Part shown: piece by piece, positions 56,846 to 64,000 of the stretch
How positions within the stretch are numbered: the stretch's first letter is position 1
Layout of the letters: each line of letters opens with the position of its first letter
Assembly (NCBI GenBank): GCA_965204375.1
Contig: OZ241986.1
Location: forward strand, 3,168,001 to 3,232,000
Origin: Candidatus Latescibacterota bacterium
GTDB lineage: Bacteria > Latescibacterota > UBA2968
Direction: 5' to 3'
Length of the DNA: 64,000 nucleotides
Translations under genes and position numbers: made by a program
The notes under the pieces: generated by a model
Told to the model about the DNA's origin: nothing
The model's input: the letters and a program-made list of their open reading frames with translations, nothing else
Database searches by the model: none

Positions 56846-57816
56846 CTATCTATAACCCGCGGTCACTAATCTGGCAATGCGGTCAACATTTGATGCATTA
56901 ATGGCGAAGGGACCTGTGAGCACATCCTGTGCGAGAGTGAGACCATAGGCATTATTCAAATACAAAAAAGAAACAGTCAGATAACCCTGCAAATAGGGCT
57001 GTTGATCAACAGCCTGAACCGTATATCCCCTCCGAATATGCTCAAATATGGACGTACTCGTATCGTGGGTAACATGCAAAATTTCGCCAGCTTTTTTTCC
57101 CGCTTCCTCCACAAAAAGGTAAAAAGCATCGGCTGGCAGTGGTCCCAGGGTGGCGATGGCATTGGTCTCAGGATGGCCGAGAAAATAGTCGCGCAACAAA
57201 CCCGCGGACTGCTCGACATCGTTCGATATGGTCAAGCCATCAACCACAATGCCTTTCTCCACAAAAATACTCGAGAACCCGGCAAACCGCGCTTCGAGAC
57301 CACTGTGCCCGAGTTCCTGGATAGGACATACCGCGCGTTGAACCGCTATCCCGCGCTTTTCCGCCTCGGCGAGAATAGCTCTTGCATTGGATTGACCGCC
57401 GAGATACTCGCTGGCACCCACATAGAATTGCGTGGGCAATGCATGATCTCCCCCCGCGTTGGGATCCGCCGTATTGAGCACAATAATGGGGATACCCGCC
57501 GCGTGTGCACGCACAACGCTCTCCCCCGGATAGCTTCGGGATCCGGGCACGTAATACCAATACCATTGACCTTATTTGCAATCGCATCGTCGAGAAAATT
57601 GGGCATATCCGCAATCGAAAATGTGGGATTGCTCAGCCATTGCACATCCACGTCATAGCGCTTAGCCGCATCTTCCATACCCTTAATCACCACATTCCAG
57701 AATGGATTTCCCGGCCCACCATGCGTGACAAAAGCAAATTTATAGCGTTCCTGAGCAATTGCCGGGTGCAGGCAAGAGAAAGCAAAAAAAAGTGCGAAAA
57801 TATAGCGAATAACCAT
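56846..57816 (-). pseudogene. sugar ABC substrate-binding protein split by a frameshift in a G5 run
   Basis: N-half 'THGG..NPFW..V.KG' (from 57816) and C-half 'AHAAGIPII..N..DQQPYLQGY' meet at ATC-CGGGGG-AGAGC (57523-57527). Confidence 0.85.
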
Positions 57817-57868
57817 TGAGAACTCCTATCTCAAAATGAAGGCTTCGCAAGATACGCGCCCAAAAAGA

Positions 57869-58546
57869 TCAAGTCAAGTTCGACAAACAGGCATGCGTGT
57901 ACGGTAAGGGATCTATGCCCGTAGCGAGTTTTGCAGCACGCGCATGGGCGAGAAGAAAATCGAGTTCATCGGGGGTATCGACATCAAACCAGGGAGGAAC
58001 GAGACCGAGCGTATTCCCCGCGCACTGAACGCGGTCAATGGTCTGCGATAGAACGCTGGGCGTGCTCCATTCGACATCCTCGAAAATTTCCGGCGTAGAT
58101 TTTGAAACACCAACGAGATAGTATCCGCCATCTATACTCGGACCCAAAACAACATCCTTTGTGTACAGCAGATCGAATGCCTGTGTAATATGGTGGGCTG
58201 GCAGAGAAGGGATATCCGTACCAATGAGAACGGCTGCTGATGCACCAGCGTCGAGTTCTTGAACAAGAGCTTCTCGCATACGCGCACCGAGATCATCCTG
58301 CACCTGAGGAACGTACTGCCATTGAGCCTTCCCACCACCAAAAAGCGCGCGCACCTCGGATTCTGCATCGGGCGGATCAAAAGCGATCACCCGTCGATCG
58401 ACATCAATACCTTCGACCCGCGCCAACACATCGCGCACAAACGCGGTGTAAAGGGCTGCAACCTGATCGGGTGCATAGCGCGTCTGCAAGCGGGTCTTAA
58501 CCGCACCGGGAATTGGGTTTTTGACAAAGACAATTAGAGACGTCAT
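57869..58546 (-). CDS. DUF2064/TIGR04282-like glycosyltransferase-fold protein
   Basis: 'FVKNPIPGAVKTRL', 'DLGARM', 'IGTDIP', 'LGPSIDGGYYLVG', 'DVDT'. Confidence 0.85.
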   Translation of the reverse strand: MTSLIVFVKNPIPGAVKTRLQTRYAPDQVAALYTAFVRDVLARVEGIDVDRRVIAFDPPDAESEVRALFGGGKAQWQYVPQVQDDLGARMREALVQELDAGASAAVLIGTDIPSLPAHHITQAFDLLYTKDVVLGPSIDGGYYLVGVSKSTPEIFEDVEWSTPSVLSQTIDRVQCAGNTLGLVPPWFDVDTPDELDFLLAHARAAKLATGIDPLPYTHACLSNLT

Positions 58547-58566
58547 GTGAAGTGTGAAGTGTGAAG
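58547..58566. repeat. (GTGAAGT)x~3 heptamer repeat abutting a start codon
   Basis: Same unit as 22350-22444; the mRNA reads CTTCACACTTCACACTTCAC-ATG. Confidence 0.85.
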
Positions 58567-58732
58567 CACCATCCAACACTACCCAATGCTTCATCTCACC
58601 ATTGTCGCATTGATAGGCTGTTTACGCAAACATAAAATTTTTGTATCATAACAAAGCCAATGAACATAGTACCGGAAAAAGATCTAAAAATCAAATTATT
58701 AACTCTCTCAACCCCAAAGGAGAACCTGAAAA

Positions 58733-60646
58733 ATGAGTTCCCGCTCCCAAAAATCTGATTTTATCCCCCTCACATATACCACCCCCGACCGTCTGGTCAC
58801 AGATTTTGCAAGCCGGGGCATTGTCATCCTTTCCCCTGAAGACCTGGGCATCCCCGCCGAAATCCACAAACGCGTTTACGATTTCGAAAAAAAGGCTTTA
58901 AGCGAAAAAAAGCGCGTCACAACAGGCATCATCCCCGACGTACTCGAAATCCTCAACGCACCCGGCCTCGTCTCTGCCTGCGACAAGCTCGCAGGTAAAA
59001 ACTGGGCCATCGTCCCCTTTACCCACAACGCAGTCTTTACCAGTGGACCCAGAGATCAACACTGGCACAAAGACGACAACGGTCCCTACAACAGCCGAAA
59101 ACAACGCCACCATCAGGCCGTCCAACTGGAAATGCTGTACTATCCTCAAGATGTCACAGCAGAAATGGGGCCCACAGCAACCATACCCTACTCACAATAT
59201 TGGACCTTTAACCACGAAGAAAACCACGACAACTTTGCGGGCGCAGACCACCTTGATTTTGCCTACTTCTTCGACATGCAAAGCGAACACGTCAGCGGCC
59301 CCCAATCCAAATACGACATCGAAGACATCGGCAACCAGCGCACCGCCCACGACATTCGCATGCGCGATGCCGTCACCAACACACAATGGCCCCTCGTACT
59401 CCCCTTTGAAGCGGGACCACTCCGCGCAGGCAGCGTGATCATCTACTCGCACAACACCTTCCACAGAGGCAACCACCGGCGCGATGACTGGCGCACCTGG
59501 GACGACAACCCGCGCTTTATGTGGCGCTTCTGGCTCTACCGCACCACCGATCCATCACCCAACGGATCAACAACCGTTGTGCCAATGAACGACCTCGGCA
59601 TCGACCCCATCACCTGCGTCAACCTCTCCGAGGCACCAGACAATGTCACCGAAGTGTGGCGCTATCATCACCACTGGATCAAAACCGGTCAGGCACCGCC
59701 GCCCCGGCCCGAATCAAAATCTGCTTCACCCGAACAAAAAGAGCGCGAAGCCGAAGCTCTGTTCGAACAACTCCACGCCAAATATGACGAAGCTGAACCC
59801 GTCCGAATTGGAGCAGCTTACAAACTCGCCTCAATTGGCGACCCGGCATTGGCGACCAAATTCCTCGGACGCGCGCTCCACACCGACCGCGAAAATGTCC
59901 GACGCGCAGCCACATATGGCCTGATCGCCGTGGGACCAGACGCGACAGACACACTCATCGAAGCAACCCGATCACCCATCAAATGGATTCGCAAAGCAGG
60001 CGTCTATGGTCTGGGCGACGCCAGCCATCTCACAAAGGATGTACTCGACGCAGTTACCTCCTGCTTACACAACGACTCCTCTGTCTATGTCCGCTCTGTA
60101 GCCGCGGGAACCCTGGGCTGTTTGGGTCGCCGTGCAGTAGCTACCAGCACGGGCACCGATCTCATTCCCAATTGCATTGACGCGCTCTTGCAAAGCCTCG
60201 GCCGCGAAGAAAACCGCCTCGGCATGGACAAGGCCCAAAAACGAAGCATCAAATTTGTTCGCCCAACCGACGACTGCGACGTCTGCGAAGGCGGTGGCGT
60301 CGATTTTGGCCTCGACCGCTTTGACCCTGTTCGCTCTGCCGTCCGGGAAAACGCCCTGTGGTCCATCGTCATCCTCTGTTCCCACGGCACCAAAATCCTC
60401 GGCAATGCACTTGAGCCGACAATCGAAACCTTAAAAGACATTATCCGAACGGACAAAAATGTCATCGACGTCGGATTCGCCATGGACGCGCTAATTCGCC
60501 TGGTCAACTTGAGCACGAAGGAAATTTCTCAAATCAACCGGGAAAATCTCCTGAATACCTTGAAAGAACTCCCCGTACACAGTTGGGAAACATTCATCCG
60601 CGGTGGCCTTAGTCTGGACACCGTATCAAAATTCAACAAACCCTGA
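58733..60646 (+). CDS. PhyH-like Fe(II)/2OG dioxygenase domain fused to HEAT (PBS-lyase-like) repeats
   Basis: 'WHKD', 'GPTATIPYS', 'AGSVII..HNTFHRG'; repeats 'VRIGAAYKL', 'VRRAATYGL', 'VRSVAAGTLG'. Confidence 0.8.
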   Translation: MSSRSQKSDFIPLTYTTPDRLVTDFASRGIVILSPEDLGIPAEIHKRVYDFEKKALSEKKRVTTGIIPDVLEILNAPGLVSACDKLAGKNWAIVPFTHNAVFTSGPRDQHWHKDDNGPYNSRKQRHHQAVQLEMLYYPQDVTAEMGPTATIPYSQYWTFNHEENHDNFAGADHLDFAYFFDMQSEHVSGPQSKYDIEDIGNQRTAHDIRMRDAVTNTQWPLVLPFEAGPLRAGSVIIYSHNTFHRGNHRRDDWRTWDDNPRFMWRFWLYRTTDPSPNGSTTVVPMNDLGIDPITCVNLSEAPDNVTEVWRYHHHWIKTGQAPPPRPESKSASPEQKEREAEALFEQLHAKYDEAEPVRIGAAYKLASIGDPALATKFLGRALHTDRENVRRAATYGLIAVGPDATDTLIEATRSPIKWIRKAGVYGLGDASHLTKDVLDAVTSCLHNDSSVYVRSVAAGTLGCLGRRAVATSTGTDLIPNCIDALLQSLGREENRLGMDKAQKRSIKFVRPTDDCDVCEGGGVDFGLDRFDPVRSAVRENALWSIVILCSHGTKILGNALEPTIETLKDIIRTDKNVIDVGFAMDALIRLVNLSTKEISQINRENLLNTLKELPVHSWETFIRGGLSLDTVSKFNKP

Positions 60647-60674
60647 ACAACACACATCAAAGAATGGAGAACCT

Positions 60675-62033
60675 ATGTCTCAGGACCGACCAAATATTCT
60701 CTATATCATGGACGATCAGCACCGATGGGATTATCTGGGATCAATGGGCGCTGATTTTGTCAAAACGCCTAATCTGGACCGACTGGCCGAGCGCGGCATT
60801 CAATTTACACAATGTATAACAAATTGCCCGGTTTGCGCGCCATCTCGCATTGCGGTCGCGTCGGGCCTGCAACCCGTTCGCCTGGGAGCACTGGGTAACA
60901 ACAACTTTTTGCCACGCACAGCCACGACGTATTACCAACGGCTACGCGATCACAATTACTACGTAGGCTGCGTGGGCAAACTGGATCTGGCAAAACCCGA
61001 TGGGTACAATGGACGCGACGGAGATAGGCCAGCTACATATATGTGGGGCTTTACGCATCCCGTTGAAGTCGAAGGCAAAAGCCATGCTGGGAAGAGCAGA
61101 ATTCCCCAGGGACCCTACAATCATTTTTTAAAGAAAAAAGGATTACTCGATGCATTTGTCGATGATTATTCAGCGCGAAGTGGTCCCAAAACAAGTCATG
61201 ATTCGGTACTACCGACCGAAGCATTTGCAGATACGTACATCGGACAGCGATCTGTACAATGGATCGAAGACATCCCAGACGATTTCCCCTGGCATTTATT
61301 TGTGAGTTTTGTGGGACCACACAGTCCATTTGACCCTCCGACTGAATATGCCGAACGATATCGCAATGCCGAAATGCCAGGTCCGATTCCAGCAACGAGC
61401 AAAGGAAAACCCAGAAATATCGAAAGCAGCAGAAAAGGCCTGACCGGGGCTGAAATCCTGAAGACGCGACGGCAATATTGTGCGTATATCGAGCTAATTG
61501 ACGCTCAAATTGGCGAAATATTAGACGCGGTTGAAAAGCGGGGCATGATGGACAACACGTACATTATTTTTGCCAGCGACCACGGTGAAATGCTCGGCGA
61601 CCACGGGCTATATGGCAAGAGCGTGGCCTATGAGGCTTCGCTGCGCGTGCCACTTATTGTCGCAGGACCTGGTATTGAAGGAGGCAGGGTATCGGATGAA
61701 CCCGTAGAATTGATCGATACCAACGCGACGATCTGCGAATGGGCCGGATTGTCACCGCAGGAAAATATCGACGCAAAATCACTGGGACCCGTCTTAAGAG
61801 GCGAGACGGATGATCACCGCACAGAATCAGTCAGCCAAATTCGCAATTTCAGGTTGATCCGCACCAAAACACACAAATTGATCGAAAACCAAAACGATAT
61901 GAATGAGCTTTACGACCTGAAAAATGATCCCAATGAACTGAACAATATTGCCCGTGAAAATCCAGATATCGTACAGAAACTTGGCAGTCGGTTAGACGAA
62001 AGATTCAAAGAAGGCGCCTGGCTACGCGGTTAA
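60675..62033 (+). CDS. sulfatase (S1, Cys-type)
   Basis: 'PNILYIMDDQ', 'CAPSR', 'SDHGEMLG', 'ELYDL..DP.E'. Confidence 0.93.
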   Translation: MSQDRPNILYIMDDQHRWDYLGSMGADFVKTPNLDRLAERGIQFTQCITNCPVCAPSRIAVASGLQPVRLGALGNNNFLPRTATTYYQRLRDHNYYVGCVGKLDLAKPDGYNGRDGDRPATYMWGFTHPVEVEGKSHAGKSRIPQGPYNHFLKKKGLLDAFVDDYSARSGPKTSHDSVLPTEAFADTYIGQRSVQWIEDIPDDFPWHLFVSFVGPHSPFDPPTEYAERYRNAEMPGPIPATSKGKPRNIESSRKGLTGAEILKTRRQYCAYIELIDAQIGEILDAVEKRGMMDNTYIIFASDHGEMLGDHGLYGKSVAYEASLRVPLIVAGPGIEGGRVSDEPVELIDTNATICEWAGLSPQENIDAKSLGPVLRGETDDHRTESVSQIRNFRLIRTKTHKLIENQNDMNELYDLKNDPNELNNIARENPDIVQKLGSRLDERFKEGAWLRG

Positions 62034-62049
62034 GGTAAGGAGATCAATC

Positions 62050-63567
62050 ATGAGTAAACCCAATATCGTCTTTATTCTGGCAGATGACCTCGGGTTTGGT
62101 GATGTACGAGCAAATAATCCCGAATCGAAGATACCAACACCAAATCTGGATCGGATAGCAGCGGAAGGGATGCGGTTTACCGATGCGCATACCAATTCGG
62201 CAATGTGTTCGCCTACGCGATATGGATTGATGACGGGAAGGTATGCGTGGCGCACCTGGTTAAAGAGGACCGTGTTGCCACACTTTTCGAAACCACTGAT
62301 AGACAAAGGACGAATGACACTGGCGTCGCTTTTAAAGTCGCATGGATATGCGACCGCAGCGGTTGGCAAATGGCATCTGGGTTTGGGGTGGCAGGCCAAA
62401 GATGGCGAGACATTTGATCCGGAGGTTTGGACACCGCATCAGATTGATGCGATTGATTTTACCAAACCACTAAAGGGAAGCCCACTGGATCACGGATTTG
62501 ATTATTTTTTTGGGTTGAACGCGTCAAACAATATGCTGCCGTATTGTTTTATTGAAAATGACCGCGCAGTTTTGGAACCGGATGAGCGGAAGTGGCCAGT
62601 GTATGATACCGAATCGCCCGTGGGATTGATGTCGCCAGATTACACATCGGAGAAAATTGATCAGGTTTTGTTTAGCAAAGCAAAAGCGTGGCTGAATACG
62701 CATTTTGAAGAGCGGCAGGATGATCCTTTCTTTTTGTATTTTCCATCGTCGGCGATCCATCGTCCGTGTTTGCCATCCCATAAGTGGATTGGAAAAAGTC
62801 AGGCGGGTTTGAGAGGTGATAAGGTTGCAGAATTAGATGATATTGTCGGGCGTTTGTTGGGAGAATTGGAAAAACACGGCGTACTCAATAACACGCTGGT
62901 GATCTTTTCAAGTGATAACGGTGCGCTTGCAGGCGATTCCGAGCAAGCGTTGCAGGAATTGGCGGACAATGGGTATGGTCAGGTTTGGCCATCCCAGCAA
63001 TTGTTGGGCAGAATCGATGAAGGGATTCACAATGTGCGCGACAGAAAACATTTGACGTATGGCCATCGGTGCAATGGAGCGTTTTTTGGTTATAAAACAG
63101 ATATATATGAGGGCGGACACCGCGTACCTTTTCTGGTACGCTGGCCAGGTAAGGTGACAGCGGGAACAGTTTGTGATGAGACGATTTGCATGACGGACAT
63201 GCTGGCGACTGTGGCGACGCTTTTGGGTGAGACTTTGCCTGAAGATGCGGGTGAGGACAGTTATAATGTATTGCCATTAATATTGGGCGAAGAAATTGAG
63301 AAGCCGATTCGAGAGGCGACGGTCCATCACTCAGGTCAGGGGATGTTTGCAATCAGGAAGGGCGAGTGGAAACTGGTATTGGGAAAAGAGTCGGGTGGTA
63401 GTCAGACGGATCGCACGGTTGAGACTGAGGGACAGCTTTACAATATGAAAACAGACAAAGAAGAAACCACGAATGTGTATGAAGAACATCCCGAAGTGGT
63501 AAGAGAACTGACTGCCTTGTTAGAAAAGTATGAGCGCGAGGGACGGAGTGCTCCGGTTATGGCTTAA
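62050..63567 (+). CDS. arylsulfatase (S1, Cys-type)
   Basis: 'PNIVFILADDLG', 'CSPTRYGLMTGR', 'GKWHLG', 'SDNG', 'YEGGHRVP'. Confidence 0.95.
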   Translation: MSKPNIVFILADDLGFGDVRANNPESKIPTPNLDRIAAEGMRFTDAHTNSAMCSPTRYGLMTGRYAWRTWLKRTVLPHFSKPLIDKGRMTLASLLKSHGYATAAVGKWHLGLGWQAKDGETFDPEVWTPHQIDAIDFTKPLKGSPLDHGFDYFFGLNASNNMLPYCFIENDRAVLEPDERKWPVYDTESPVGLMSPDYTSEKIDQVLFSKAKAWLNTHFEERQDDPFFLYFPSSAIHRPCLPSHKWIGKSQAGLRGDKVAELDDIVGRLLGELEKHGVLNNTLVIFSSDNGALAGDSEQALQELADNGYGQVWPSQQLLGRIDEGIHNVRDRKHLTYGHRCNGAFFGYKTDIYEGGHRVPFLVRWPGKVTAGTVCDETICMTDMLATVATLLGETLPEDAGEDSYNVLPLILGEEIEKPIREATVHHSGQGMFAIRKGEWKLVLGKESGGSQTDRTVETEGQLYNMKTDKEETTNVYEEHPEVVRELTALLEKYEREGRSAPVMA

Positions 63568-63689
63568 AATGCCTCATGATAAGTCGAACCATCTGCTGCA
63601 CAGCCCGCAAGTTCCGGAATCTCAGCGATAAATGCCTTGTCTTCCTCACTCCAATAAATGATGATTTAGTATTTGTGATTATTAGTCAT
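63564..63689 (-). pseudogene. hicB: HicB-family antitoxin remnant
   Basis: Translates MTNNHKY*IIIYWSEEDKAFIAEIPELAGCAADGSTYHEAF*; premature TAA at 63666-63668 and C-terminal truncation; too short for the ORF track. Confidence 0.85.
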
Positions 63690-64000
63690 TGCTTGAATTT
63701 CCCAACCGGTATATAATTCTTAAAAATAGATATGGAATATTAATACTCCATTGCGTTTCCATCGGTTTTGATAAAGAGGTTTATTTATAATCCAACGCAG
63801 TGCTACACATCCCACCTTTGATTTCTCCTGTTTACCAACCTTTTTGGCAGTACTTTGGCAACATCTCTTACGGCGAGATTGCTGGAAACGGAGCGTGATA
63901 TGAGCCGACGACAGTGCTCTTCTGCTCTAAATCAATGATTTGTATTTTTATATAACATATTGAAATAAATTAACTTATAATTCCACATTCAAAAAAAGAA

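Overview
This is a gene-dense 64 kb bacterial chromosomal segment. The PorV-like barrel, T9SS-CTD-like protein, TonB receptors, dockerin/EF-hand-tagged secreted proteins and many sulfatases suggest an FCB-superphylum organism, possibly Latescibacterota-like (inference). In order it carries: an ABC-2 exporter; a fucose-isomerase-like/Gfo/uxuA operon; a TonB receptor + T9SS-CTD-like protein + PorV-like trio; NUDIX-coxD-coxE-xdhC; a phosphate cluster (porin, pstSCAB, phoU, a divergent TonB receptor with a beta-helix secreted protein, ppk1); four Cys-type sulfatases; a 2-phosphoglycerate-kinase-like gene; speD; an amidohydrolase-fold/Rieske pair; glutaminyl cyclase; metal-homeostasis genes; MATE; a frameshifted sugar ABC transporter; and a hicB pseudogene. 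The strongest non-coding signals are four 11-bp-periodic Pho-box-like arrays. One sits just downstream of phoU and appears to drive a ~57-nt terminator-bounded small RNA with a CU-rich anti-Shine-Dalgarno-like seed. There is also a family of heptamer/decamer mini-satellite elements at gene junctions, several abutting start codons. No rRNA, tRNA, CRISPR array or intact transposase was seen. All family calls come from motif recognition by eye, not database searches.
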